The notes beneath the pieces are model-generated. The model worked only from the letters and a program-made list of their open reading frames with translations. It did not search any database and was not told where the DNA came from. A program made the translations under genes and the position numbers. This document shows positions 49,201 through 62,800 of a DNA stretch of 64,000 nucleotides, piece by piece. The stretch comes from Bilabrum cf. latius (lineage: Eukaryota). The DNA lies in the NCBI GenBank assembly GCA_965178125.1, contig OZ237751.1:682001-746000 (forward strand). Reading direction: 5' to 3'. The first letter of the stretch is position 1. Every line of letters starts with the position of its first letter.

Positions 49201-52200
49201 ACATGGTCCAGTGCAGCTCATCACTTTCCAATAAGCGCTTCAAGCTGAGTTGGGCAGACCGCCGCGAAAGGACAGCTTCAGCTACCATCTCAGAGTTAGC
49301 GTCTCTGTTGAATCGTGCTAGCGCACCCAAACGAATCAGTCTGGCCAGTCGCTGAGGCACAGAGCTGTCCGGTTGCCTCTGTCGATCCTGCTTGTGGGGC
49401 GAAGCGGCAGTGGGCTGTCCATGCCTACTGTGCTGGCGATGGTGGTGATGATGATGATGATGATGCCGCGCCTAGTTGCCTTGAAAATCAACCCCGCTGG
49501 CATCTTTGCTCTACCCGTGCTATCCAGCTGGCAAAGACTTCCGAAACTTCTCCTTAACCCAGTCGACCCATGCTTCGTACTCGTGAGCGCGCAGGTGTCC
49601 CGACCATAAAAGCAGGAACCGCAGGACGTGCTCAACTGCCGCCGGCGCTTTCTCCAAAGCCTTGACCTCATCCGACAGCACAGCGTCTGCCTTCAGACCA
49701 GGAACCGGCTCATCGCTCGGAAAGAACGAGAATCGGGACCTTCTGTCACCGCCATGAAGCGGCGTGCCCGACCCATGCCCGCCGCCACGGGCCGGGCGTG
49801 TCGTTCCCAGCTAAAATCCCCTCTCTCGAGCCCTCGATTCGCGGCTGCTGGGCCTCCCTACCGATATACTGCTTCTCCTCGCACGCCTCCCGCCAGTCTT
49901 TGCCGGACTCGCGCGGCCGCTCCCCCGACGAGAAGCACTATGCTTGGCTGCCTCACGGGCGCTCTCGGACTGTCTGTGAATGGAAAGCTCTCTAAGCACG
50001 CTCGCGAGCTGCTGGAGAGCATGGTCGAGAGCCAGGTGCTCCTGCAAGGTGGAGGCAAGCAACTGGATGGACATGAAGTCCATGCGATGTGCCCTGTAAG
50101 GGCGCGCTCGCGAGCTAGCGTCACTTCTGGCCGTTGCTGCAGTGGGATCTGCCTGCCCAGACTCGGGTGGGGGAATCGCGGCATGCTCTGGCAGGATCGC
50201 GACAGGCCACACCCGCTATCTCCACTGCTTTGTGGCATGGTCTCTGTAGATTGGTTCGATGGTAGCATCTCCAGCGGATTCTTTGTTGTCCCTAGACAGA
50301 TCGGCTGCCAGAACGTCTTTTCTAAACAGCGAGATTAAGGCAGGGATCTTGGTACCGTCTGCCACGATGGCAGGGAGCTCAGGGGCTGTCGCACGTGCCA
50401 TTTGGTTTGCTTCCTGGAGCTAAATGGCGGCTGTTGCTGACATGTTTTCCTGGAAGGTAGAATCCAGCGTTGGCTGGCTGCTTGGCAGAACTCCAGCCGT
50501 CGATGGCCGAGGACGAAGGGGGGACGGACCACCCGAGCTAGAAGCACCCTGACCGGTACCTGATAGTACATACGACTGAAAATCGCCTTCTGCCACTCCA
50601 CTGCGGCTAGGTTCTACCCCTGCGTTCCAATCGGTGGAGTTGAAGGCGCCAGCTGAGGTTGGGCTGTGCACCCCTGCGTGCGGTCTGGAGGAGGAAAATG
50701 ACTCGGTGCCTCGGGTACGGGCACGAGCGGATGATGCTTCTCGTCGTTCTGCGCGAGAGCTGCCTGACTCAATAAGTCCAACAAAAGCGGTATCGTCGTC
50801 TGGTTGTCCTGTAATCGTCACATTGCGGTGCTGAGTGCTGCTCGGCAAAAACCCACTAGATGCCAGAGGATCCGCTGACCTCAATCTGAAGCCAGATCCC
50901 ATTATCGTGCCGCCACGTGTGTGCGACCTGCGGCCGCCGTGGGCCGTGGATCTTCTCCTCGGGGATGACCCGCGGCTTTCAAGCAGGAAGCGCTTCCTAT
51001 GTGTCGCGCTGGCTCGCCGCCTCGCTTGCATGGCTGCGTCAATCGCGAGCTGCGCCTGCCTCTAGTGCAGATCCAGCGCGGCTATGCTGCCGGTGGATGG
51101 CAGCACAGACGCAGAGGCAGACACGGGAGCCACCAAACCATCAGAAGGCACTGGCCCAGCTTTATTGGCAGATAAAGCTGTCTCATTGAAGATCCTCATC
51201 TTGTCCCGGCGCAGAAGAGGGTCCGCATCCACGAGGGAGGCCCTGCTGGAAATCGCGCGAGAGACAGGACGTCGGTACCGAGGGTCTGTAGCAACGTCTG
51301 GGTCCACAACTGACGACTATCCCTGATCGCGCTTCGCTTGCCGGGACCCAAGCAGCCGCGACTAGGGTCTGGACGGTGGAGACAACGTCCCAGCGGCGGA
51401 GTTGGCTCGCGAGGTGCTGCCGAGGCGGCGCATGGTGCGCGCCACCATCGCGTCCATGCGGTCCTGATCATCCATCGCAGATTGTGTAGAGTCAGGGTTC
51501 TACGATGGCGCTGCAAATGCCAGCTGTCCAGTTTCCATGACAGGTGTCTTGGCTTGGACTGACGCCCTTTCGACTCCCGCTGCCTGCCCGTCAAACTCGG
51601 CAGCGTCAGGATCAACAAGCTCCATGCCTGATGCACCGCCAGCTGACAGAGAATTTAGTCCCAGTGAGCCAAATTCTCCCAAATGTGCGCTTCCAGTATG
51701 GGCTGCATCGCCGTGCATGCTTTCGTGCAGCCGGTTGCGATCGTCCACTGCACTGCCCTCGAAGCCACCGTCAGCAAGCTTGGTGTGTTGGTGTGCGGTG
51801 TGCGGTGTTCGAGCACGGCTGCGTGCCCTGCCCTCCAAGTGATACATTGCAGACGAGGGTTGGGAGTGATAGCTGCCCAGTGCCACAGATTCTCCATTTC
51901 TCACAGCTAAGGAACGCGCAGGCGGCAAGGCATCGGCGGATCTCTGGTGATCGGGGGCCACGTGCCTCTGCCTCGCTTCATGAGAAGCTGTGGCCTCCAA
52001 CACTGCAACGACGCCATCGTAGCCCGGCTAAGCGGAGTGTTGCCTTTGCAAGCCTTTACTCCTGCTAGTGCCGCTGCTGCCGTTCAAGCCTGCCGGTGGG
52101 ACTGTCCCATCGCCGGCGTCAGCGAGAGTGCTCCTCAGGTCCTGCACCCTACCAGATCGCTCAGCAGCCGCCTTATAAGCATCAATACGCCGTACTTGGT

Positions 52201-52765
52201 GCACCTGCGCCTCAATGGAAGCGGAGACCATCGCTGGGGACGTCGGCAGCTGTGCCACTGCTTGCAACCGGCTCACAGGCCTTCGAAATGGACTCGTCAT
52301 CGCAACCACGCCGCCCTCGCAGTCCTTCACGATTGGAGAACCGGACAAATAATGGTTTGATGACGAAAGCCTTGGTTTATGCAGAACAGAGGGCCGCGTG
52401 CTCGACGACGAGGCCGGCCTGTGGGCTAGAGCTCCAAGCTTTTCGACTTCGTCTGCGGCAAGCGGCCGACGTGACGGATTTATAGTGTTCCTTGCAGCTA
52501 TTTCAACGCTATTGTCTCGAATTGATGGTGCCTAGAGCATGATAGACCCAGAGGCATGGCTCGCTGTATTCTGGCTGCCTCCCTCCAAGCCGCGGCGGCC
52601 GCCTGGGTCTTCGAGTTCGCCAACTTGCAGGCTAATTTCAGCCACACCACGGCTTGCAGGGCGATCATTAGATCCCGATGTTCTACTCCATCCGTGACGC
52701 TCGACCATGAGCCGCATCTAGGCTGTGCGTTTGCCAACTCTCGTGGCATATTCGGCAGTTGCCAT
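46289..52765 (-). CDS. Large mostly low-complexity hypothetical protein (about 2160 aa)
   Basis: The minus-strand track fragments from 52532-52717 down to 46340-46618 share one frame, separated only by TAG. ATG 52765 lies just inside an upstream in-frame TAA; ends TGA at 46289-46291. Ser/Arg/Gly/Asp-rich with a His9 tract at 49439-49465. Confidence 0.7.
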
Positions 52766-53015
52766 ATCTTGCTACCAGTTCGATTAATCCCAATCTTAAG
52801 CCCTGTGACTATATAATCAATGAAAAGGCACACCAACGTTTCGTCAAAATCACTGTCGCTTCCTTTGGTCCTCCAAATTTGGCCTGAAAATGACGCAACG
52901 GCAACATTGTGAATCCATCGCTGGTTTCGATCCGGAGCAGTAATTAGGGCGCGCAAACGAGGTCGAAACTCAATAATTACAAAGCAAATCACCAGTAAGC
53001 AAGCCCAAAGATGGA

Positions 53016-54299
53016 TTATTTGCCTGTCCGCGCCCTCTTGGACCCGACGGCAGCACCACTGCCACCACTAGCACCACTTGCAGCAACCTCATCAGAGCCC
53101 GGGGGAGCACCTTCAGCACCGCCACGGACCTCACGTGATTTCTGTTCTGCAGCTTGGCAGGCCCTTAGCGTGCCCTTGATGTACCCAATGGCGAACGCTG
53201 AAGCAGCCGCAGGACCCGCCGATTCCACAAATTCCGGCGTGTGGTCCAGGATCACCGTCCCGTCGTAGCCGCTGCTGGTCATCGCGCTGCATATCGCGTG
53301 AATATCACCGTAGCCCTCGTCAATGAACGTCTCTGCGAACTTTGGAAGAGGCCCAGTGACGTTCCTGAGGTGCACGATGAAGACCTTGCCCCGCCTGCAG
53401 TAGTCTGACAGGCATGCTTCCAGGTCGCCGAATCCCTTGCCACCCTCTAGCCAGCAGCCGCAGCAGAACTCCATGCCCAGCCAAGGGGAGTCCTTAGCGA
53501 TTCTAAAGACCCTCTCGTATGCCTCTCGGGATCGGATCAGGCACGGCACACCTGCAACAGACGGAACTGGCGGGTCGTTCGGATGCAAGGCCAATCGCAC
53601 GCCCAAGCGAGCGGCGTGCGGGAGCACCTAGCCCAAGAAATACTCCAGGTTGGCCCACAGCTCCTCTTCCTCGTACTTTTCTTTTCTTTTCCACGACGAT
53701 TCGGCAGAAGTGGCACTGGACGCGGCAGATGGTCCGGCCGATCCAATGGCTGCCTTGCTGCCAACCGCAGAGGCGACTGCGGCGGCATCCTTTGGGAGAA
53801 GACCTGCGTCAACCGCGCGGGCCTATGTATTGCCACGCACTGTTGACTCGCCTGTTGACCACACCCCGTCTGGCTCCCACGTAAACGTTGTGGTATTGAT
53901 ACCAGCCGCCGACAGAATCTCCAGCCACTCTACGAATTTTGCTATGGCTGCGTCTCTGTCTGGCGTTGCCAGTATGATGTCTTTCGATTTGCATCTCAAG
54001 CGGTTTCCGACATTGAATAGGCTCAAGCCACGGTCGGACAGAGTCTTGCGCAATTCGGTGAGATGCAATATCGAACAGTGCTCCTCGTTGATCCAAGTAA
54101 AGCAATGGGAAACTCCCATCTGTACTAAGAGCGTTATTTCATCATCGGTAGGAGCTGGTGACACCAAGCAACTCATTTTTGGCCCGGATCGGAGCACGTT
54201 GGGTTGACCGGCTGCCGCTGAGGTCTTCACTACGATCTTGTCCGCATGAGCTGGGGCATTGTAGAAGCCACCTTTCTTCTCATAGTTTTTCTACTCCAT
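53016..54299 (-). CDS. uxuA: Mannonate dehydratase (UxuA family), 427 aa
   Basis: [77 protein letters not shown]. TAGs at 54291, 53823 and 53628; intronless; ends TAA. Confidence 0.9.
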
Positions 54300-54808
54300 T
54301 TACGGGCGATATCTTTCGAAATTTGCCGTTTGCTATCCTTAATTCTTGTGCAATCGTAGTGAGAATGAGAATAAACATCCACATCTCGTAACTCGACCCA
54401 CCAACTGGCACTGGTGGCACAGGCAGATGACGGAAGCAGAGCTCTAGTGGGTGAAGGGTCTCCCTTTGTAGGCTGAAGCTGCGGTCGGCCATGGAGCAAG
54501 TGCCCCGCATGGTCCTGCCCGCCGGTGCAAAGGTAGTCCAGAGCTGGATGTCGTGCCGGCTGTGCAAGAGGCTCGTGGGCATAGCACACCCAGGACAGCC
54601 TAGAGATAGATCGAGAGCTTTAAAATTCCATGGTACTCTAGATCGTGCTAGCAACCGCGTACAAGACTGTAAGCGGAGTGAACGCGTGCAGCCTTCACGT
54701 ATGAATAGTTGTGTTCACGCAGCAAACTCCGCAGCTACCGGTACAAATAACACCGCGATGCCGCCTCCGGCACTTCACCGTGGCGGAGGATGACCTGACA
54801 GCCCGAAC

Positions 54809-57800
54809 TTATTTATGCCCATGTCGATGCCCACGCTGCACGAGCTGCTCAACTTGCGCCCTCCGCACCGGCTTCAAGAGAATATCCTCTGCCCCGCTCG
54901 ACCGGAACAAAGCCTGATCTTCCGGCAGAGCATTCCCAGTCACACCCACAATCCGCACCCCACGCACCCTCTCGTCCTCATCGCCCCGCACAGCCTGTGC
55001 CATCTCAGGCCCCGACATGCGCGGCATCGAGAAGTCCAGCAGCACCAGATCCACCACGGGCTTCACGTCAGCCCCACTGCCACCGCCAGCAGCACCCTTA
55101 ACCCCAGTCTCCTCGGCCTGCTGCTCTCTGGCCCTCTGCCTCAGCAGGTCCAGCCCCTCCTGCCCGTCGCTGGCCGTGAGCACCTGAATGGATCGATCCA
55201 CGGTGCGCACCATGCGGGAGAGGAAGAGCCGGTTGGTGCGGCTGTCATCCACCACGAGCACGCTCTGAACCTTCTGAGACATGCTCCTTACTTTCGTCTT
55301 CTACGTCCTTGCTTTCCTACGTGCTACTCCGCTGCCTGCTGGTCTAGGAGCATTGGTCGTGGTCGTTGCGTCCGGCTGCAAGCTTCTTTCAACCACGCCC
55401 GAAGCAGTCGACCGAGAAGAACTGGACCCGCTCGATGTTTTTCGTTTGCGAACCTGTCTCCTCTTCTTTTTGGGGACAGCCGTTTCGCTTTTGACAGGCA
55501 AGCTGCCGGCTGTCAAACTAAGCTGAACCTACGCTGTGCCACCAGTCGCTGAGCCAGACGCGAGTGAACGAAATGCGCTGTCACCGATCCCTTGAGGGCT
55601 ACATGCACTGGGACCCGTTTGGCCGGAGGTCAGGCTCGTGACAATCGATCTGTTTCCCGATTGGTGCTCCGGTGCCGGGGATGCCAGCATCCTTAGCCAC
55701 ACAAAGAACACGCTGCCCACTCCAGCACGAGACGAGAAGCCCACGCATCCACCGTGCATGCGGATCACCGTCGCCGTGATGGCCAGCCCCAGCCCAGACC
55801 CCTGCCCCTCCGCCGTGAGGATGCCCGAGTGCAGCGTCTCGAAGGGGGTGAAGACCTTGCCCCAGTCCTTGCGATGGATGCCGGGCCCCTCATCGAGCAC
55901 CCACAGGCACACCGTGACATAGGACTCTTCGATGGCCAAGCTTGCCAGGGCGCCATCCCCTGCCCCTTGCTGCTGCATAACTGCATCGCGAGCCAGCGAT
56001 TCATACATACGAAGGGTATCCGGGGCAACGTGAGCCGCACCCACAAGGTCATCGTCCTCGCAATCCATCAAGTCCTCGTCCTCCAACGGTGTCGCAGCAG
56101 CAGCAGTCCCGAGAATACCATCCTGGCTTGACTGGCCACCTGTTCCATGCATCACGGCACGAAGCGGTGGAATAGGCACTAACTTCGTGGAAGTTTCCTG
56201 CAAATCATCGACTTCTTCACCGTCAAGTTCCTTGGTGATGCCAGCTGATGTGGCCCCAGCTCCACGAGCTCCATCTTGGATAGAGGGATTCGTGTCAAGC
56301 GGTACGGCTTGTATGCGACCATGGTTGATGCCACGAGCAGCCTAGTCATGCTAAGTGTCAACTTCGTTTGGTACTACCTGGTTCACGCGTATCTTTTGGT
56401 GTGAGCTGTCGCCTGCACTGGCACACCTCGTGCCGTTCTGCAAAGCCTACGAATCCGATGGATGCTGACCTGGCTGCATTCCATTAACAACTACTCGATA
56501 TAATCTGCCTGCTAGTTCCTGTCCCAGCCCACCCACTGCCTTCTGCCATTCAGACACACCCCACAGGTGAGGTGGCACCTCGCTCGACCCAAACACGATA
56601 CGCGGACGCTGAGCTGCATCACCACGACCCCGCATCTGCAAATCGCTCAGCCGCTTCACCAGCTTCTCGTCCGGCCGAGACCACTTCAACGCATTCGATG
56701 CGTAGTTGTACAGAGCCCCCCGGATCCGCACAGGGTCGCACGTGAAGCTGCCGCCAGACGCAGGGTGCGAGTCGTACATGAGCACCTGCACGCCAACGCC
56801 CTCCGCCTGGGACGCGAAGGTGCGCTGAGCCTCTGCCAGCACGCCGGGCACGAGCGGGTTGGGTCTCTTGGTGATCTTGAGCCTGCCGGTCTCGATGTGC
56901 TGTAGGTCTAGCACGTCGTTTAGTGTGGTCTGCATGGCCTCGGCGGCAGCATCGAGGGAGGGCAGGGTCTCGTCGAAGATCTCCACGGCCTGCTCGATGT
57001 GCGAAAGAGCTGAAGTAGTCTGGCCGGTCCGATGCTCTTCTGCATCAGATGATACGTAGGAGTACGACCCCCGCCGCTTTCGCAACGGTGGATCGAGCTA
57101 CACAGAACCTGCGGAAGACTCCGATACGGCTGATCGTCGCATTTGAACCAACGCCTGTCTCACCGCGGTCGCACCTTCCTGGCAGAAGTCCAGCCCTAGC
57201 ACTACTGAGTTCAGAGGCACCCTGCACTCGTGCGACAGGAATCGCACCCTCGACTGCAGCGCGGCCCTCTGTTTCTCTGATATGTCCATGGCGCGCTCTA
57301 GCTCACGGGATTGCCGAGCGTACGTGAGCACACCAGTCAGCAGCAGGACGCGAATGCACACCGAGACGGCCCGGTAGGCTATGTCAGCAATGGCATTCAT
57401 GTGAACCTACGGGGTGGATTCTTGGTCCATCACAGCATCTAGTGATCCGTTCAAGGTGGATTCAGAGCACAGTGGCGAAGCAAATGCCTACAGTCCATCC
57501 AGCCTTGCTTGGGTGCAAGCAGCGGTGTTCGTGGCCTCCCGTGTGATCCACCCAAGCACATAGATAGCAATTAATTGCTCGACTATGATAAGCATCGCAC
57601 AAACACGAAGCTGCAGTCCGATACGAGCCGCCCTGTCGATACTAGTCTGAATTAGGGGAGACACGGACTTCCGAAGCATGCGCTACCCGCCCGTCTTTTC
57701 TGACCTGAGCGACATAATGTGCTTAGCTTCATCCTGGGCTGAAAACATAGACCTGCAATCCAAAGCTCGTCTTGATATGGCACACGCTTCGTGCAAGGCA

Positions 57801-59596
57801 ATAATAGCGGGCAAATCATCCGAGGTTTTCCGGTCAAAGCCGGTGTCTCGTACAGGAAGCTCTTTTGGAAGACTTGATATGTCCGGCCTCCAGCACGCAG
57901 GTAGCCTGCCGCAGCAGCATCCCCACAGCATGCATCTGGCACAGCATGCCTCCACATCCAGCAACTACAACGAGCGGGAACTCTGGTCTGCCCTGGACCA
58001 ACCCCTCACTTCGCTAGCAGCCTGTTGCGTGGCTTCGTCCATGCCTCTGGTAGGTGTGAGCACTACAATCAGCACGAATCCTATGTACGTGGGCGTAGCC
58101 AAGAAGCTAAACAGCATGTAAATGGAAGTTGTAAATGAAAACTCATCCATAGGTAGGCTGCTTGCCGAATCCAACTCGCCGTCAACTGCGAGGGACGTCT
58201 CGTTGCTGCTGATCTCCACTGCGCCACCGAGTGATATCACGGGTGCTGCCGCCGGGCCCCGCCTAGCAAATACTAGTGGCAGCGCATCCGCGCGTTGGTA
58301 TGAGGGGATGCTATCCAGCAGCTAGATGGCCTGCATCAGTGCATTCGTTTCGAAGTACGAAGCGGTGCGAAGGCTGAAAAAGTTGAAGTCTGCGAGTGCC
58401 AGCCGGTTGTGTAGAGGTAGCATGAGGTCATCCACGGCGCTATCATTAAATCCATACGATCCGGCTTGCTCCTTGAGCGCGCTGTATGAAGCGTTAAATA
58501 CCGTCCGAGTGTCGTAAAGGGTGCCATAACTGGCGTTGTCGTTTGCTTGCTGTGGGAGGTCATCGAGCGAGCCGACGACCTCTGCCTGTCTTAGCATTGA
58601 CAGAAACAGTACCGGCTATCCCGCACTGCCCCGGATGTCTGTAAGTATTGAGGCGGGCATGCCGGAGTAGGTGGCGTTCCCAATCTCTCGCAGCATGCCA
58701 TCAAGCTAAGCATATGCCCCAATGCCAGCGTCTGCCACAGTGACGGATGCGGCCAACCTCGACAAGCCCATCATCCCTATATTACCTATATAGAAAAATC
58801 CGCCCGTAATGCCAAATACAGCTATCGCAAGGGCACGCCTGGTCTTCAGCGTGAACTCGACAGCGGGGCGGGCAGAAGTTGTTGAGCTGATGATCATGGA
58901 AATCACGGTCGCAAGCACGATTACAACCGTCGTTGCCCATGGCTATCCCATTGCCCCACCCTTGATGATGGTTACAGCACGAATGTGACCAACTTGTGGA
59001 CCTTCACCAGACAAAACGCCTGAGAGCATCAGGATGGCAGCGTAGCACTGCTCAACGACCGTGGTGATTCCAGCGTCAACAGGACCTGGGCCGAGCATTC
59101 CCGCGCGGTCCAGCGGGACATACATAAAGTAGGATTCACATAGAATAGCAGCAGCCAAAATGCTCAGCAGGTAGGTCATCAGCGCATGTCTATCGTAGCT
59201 GCCGCCGCTGCAGTCCTTCGCTCCCGTGGTTCGGCTGCACGTCTCGCGCGTAGCAATATATGCACTCATGAGGAGCGCAGCAGCACTCAGTAGTATAATT
59301 AAGGCTGATACAGTGGCTACTGATACTTGCATGCTTCCAACTGCTTCAAGGTCAGAAAGAGTTGGACCAACGCTGCTGTGAAGCCCAACAAATCGCGGAA
59401 ACTCGAATGCAATTGAATACCCCACATTTATCCTCCAAACTGTGGAACCGCCAAGCAGTCTTGCTATTGAATCAACGAGTGTCACTCCAAATACAGTCGA
59501 TAATGCAGCACTAAATACAAGACATCCCGCCTGGCTGAACGTTGCATTGCGAACTAGAGCATCCAATGACTTGGCACGGTGATTTATTTCTCCCAT
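54809..59596 (-). CDS. Membrane-bound hybrid histidine kinase (multi-TM sensor, HisKA, split HATPase, receiver), paralog 1, about 1595 aa
   Basis: H-box RFLSHECRVPLN, N-box RIRGALYNYASNALKW, G1 VLDEGPGI, F-box KVFTPF, G2 GSGLGLAI; receiver VLVVDDS...LLDFSMP...VTGN...KPV. All fragments are in one frame separated only by TAG; ends TAA. The 5' end may extend further. Confidence 0.9.
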
Positions 59597-59820
59597 GAAC
59601 TTTCTAAAAGGAACAAATCCTTACAACGTTAACCAAGATGAGTCGAATTGGTGTAAAAAGTCTCTACACCAGCGATAAATGGACAACAGAAGTCCCTCAT
59701 CAATTCCGTTGAGGTAATTCTCTTCATCTTCAAACATCACAGGAGTGCCGCGGTCGCAAGGAACAATTCTAAGAGAACCGCTTCGCATTCGCTCAAAGAA
59801 AAATAGGTGGGCATATCTTG

Positions 59821-62800
59821 TCATGAGACACCCACAAGTACCGTCTCAATTTGCGCCCTCCGCACCGGCTTGCAGAGAATTTCCTCTGCCCCGCTCGACC
59901 GGAACAAAGCCTGATCCTCCGGCAGAGCATTCCCAGTCACACCCACGATCCGCACCCCACGCACCCTCTCGTCCTCATCGCCTCGCACAGCCTGTGCCAT
60001 CTCAGGCCCTGACATGCGCGGCATCGAGAAGTCCAGCAGCACCAGATCCACCACGGGCTTCACGCCAGCCGCACTGCCACCGCCAGCAGCACCCTTAACA
60101 CCAGTCTCCTCGGCCTGCTGCTCCCTGGCCCTCTGCCTCAGCAGGTCCAGCCCCTCCTGCCCGTCGCTGGCCGTGAGCACCTGAATGGATCGATCCACGA
60201 TGCGCACCATGCGGGAGAGGAAGAGCCGGTTGGTGCGGCTGTCGTCCACCACAAGGACGGTACGCTTCGGCTTTGTCTAAACCGCCCCAGCCTTACCGCT
60301 GCTATGTCTTACGCTTGGGCTCTGTGGCACCAGCAATCCGAATCCGGAATCTTCTCTGGATCCCATGAGCAAGTGGCTCGACCGTGTTGCGTTGCTGCCA
60401 CCGTCAGCAGCGGTAGAGCCACTGGCATCAGTAGAACGCCGCTAAATTCCCTTGCGCTTGACCATTCGACGCTTCTTACTTTGCTTCTTACTCCCAGTTG
60501 ACGAGTCAGCTTCGGCCAGGCTGCTAGAGCGGAAGCTGCTCGATTGATAAACCCCCCCAGCTTCTGCAGCTGCACCTCCACTGCTGGCCACTGCTGCCGA
60601 AGTGGCAACTTTTCTCCCGGTATTGCTATTGCCTCCATCTGACTGCAGTAGAATGCTGTTGGCAGTGATGCGACCCTCTTTGCTCGCATTCTCCAGCTAG
60701 ACACTGCCACCGCTGGGACTGTGCAACTCAACGCTGCTCGAAGGCAGCCGAGTTGGCGCAAGGGGCTGGACACCCATCCTTAGCCACACAAAGAACACGC
60801 TGCCCACTCCAGCACGAGACGAAAAGCCCACGCAGCCCCCGTGCATGCGGATCACCGTCGCAGTGATGGCCAGCCCCAGCCCGGACCCCTGCCCCTCCGC
60901 CGTGAGGATGCCCGAGTGCAGCGTCTCGAAGGGGGTGAATACCTTGCCCCAGTCCTTGCGATGGATGCCGGGCCCCTCATCGAGCACCCACAGGCAGACG
61001 GCTTGCTGCATGTGATCGGCCTGGCCCTAGCTACTCAAACTAGCCCCTGTTCCGCCTCTGGCAGATACCAAATTCCCTTCGCCACTAGCGGCTTGGTACG
61101 TCCCACTAGTGATCCGGGGATCACCAGCACCGGCGTTATCTGCAGACCCCTAATGAGGCGTTGCCATCCGAGAGATGGACGATCGAGCAGGCAGACTTGG
61201 TGCTTCACTCGAGCTCTCAAGCGTACTGCTGCGCTTCCGCGCTCTTTGTCGAAGCTGAGGGCGGGCCAAGATGGCATCGTACCTGTCCACAGTATCTGGT
61301 GCAATCTGTGCGAGACTGTCAGTAAACGGCTGCGAGTCATGGCTTGGCAAGTATCGTGTCGATGCACGGGCTGATGCAACCCCAGCATTGCGCTTCCTCG
61401 CTGATTCTGACGCTGCTTCCTCTGAAATAGCGCTTTGTGACTCGCTCCCTCGCTTCGGCAAGTCCGGAATCTTGGCATTCCGCACCGCCCTTGCCGCCTC
61501 CAAGTCCTCCCCGTCAAACATCCCGCTGGATAGGCTAGAGTGGTTAGACATTGACCTGAAGCTGTGCCTAGAGCTATAGGCTCCGTCAAGCTCGCCACTA
61601 CTGATCGGACTCAGGCCAACTGGGACCACAGAAGAGCTTCCATCCTGCCCTTCTTGTGACTTGCTGTCGGCAGCGACACTACGCGACATGGCTGTTTCAG
61701 ACCCACTTGTAGATGCACTACCTTCCGTCGTCTACGTTACAATGGTATGCAGCTTACCTGCTAGCACCTCCCCCAGCCCGCCCACTGCCTTCTGCCACTC
61801 ACTCACACCCCACAGGTGAGGTGGCACCTCGCTCGACCCAAACACGATCCGCGGACGCTGAGCTGCATCACCACGACCCCGCACCTGCAGATCGCTCAGC
61901 CGCTTCACCAGCTTCTCGTCCGGCCGAGACCACTTCAACGCATTCGATGCGTAGTTGTACAGAGCCCCCCGGATACGCACAGGGTCGCACGTGAAGCTGC
62001 CGCCAGACGCAGGATGCGAGTCGTACATGAGCACCTGCACGCCAACGCCCTCCGCCTGGGACGCGAAGGTGCGCTGGGCCTCTGCCAGCACGCCGGGCAC
62101 GAGCGGGTTGGGTCTCTTGGTGATCTTGAGCCTGCCGGTCTCGATGTGCTGTAGGTCTAGCACATCGTTGAGGGTGGTCTGCATGGCCTCGGCGGCAGCA
62201 TCGAGCGAGGGCAGGGTCTCGTCGAAGATCTCCACGGCCTCTCTCAACAGCTGAGTAGGTCCATCAGCAAGACCCAGGACAAACGCCGCGCCCATTTTGT
62301 CATCCGTAACATCGCCAACAACTTGAACGTTGTCCGACCCTCGGCGTCGAGAACCGCGTCGTCGAATTGGATCTGTGGTGGATTGACGTCCAACTTGTCT
62401 AGCGGCTATCTCTTTTTGCTGCAGTGCTGCTTCCAGTGCAAGCCTCACCGTCTTGGCTCCCTCCTGGCAGAAGTCTAGCCCTAGCACTACTGAGTTCAGA
62501 GGCACCCTGCACTCGTGCGACAGGAACCGAACCCTCGACTGCAACGCAGCCCTCTGTTTCTCCGAGATGTCCATGGCGCGCTCCAGGTCATGCGATTGCC
62601 TTGCGTACACATACACGCATCCAAGCAGCAGAGTTCTGAGAGCAAACATTATGAAACGAAGTGTAATGTCGACCGCAACGCTGGTGCGAGTGTACTCGGC
62701 AGCCTTCACTCGAAGAAGTTGATCCACCGGTGCAGCCATCGTTGCTTCGGTGCAAGATTCTGACAGGGAGTCAACACCGGCAATCCTGGCCTGTGCGCAA

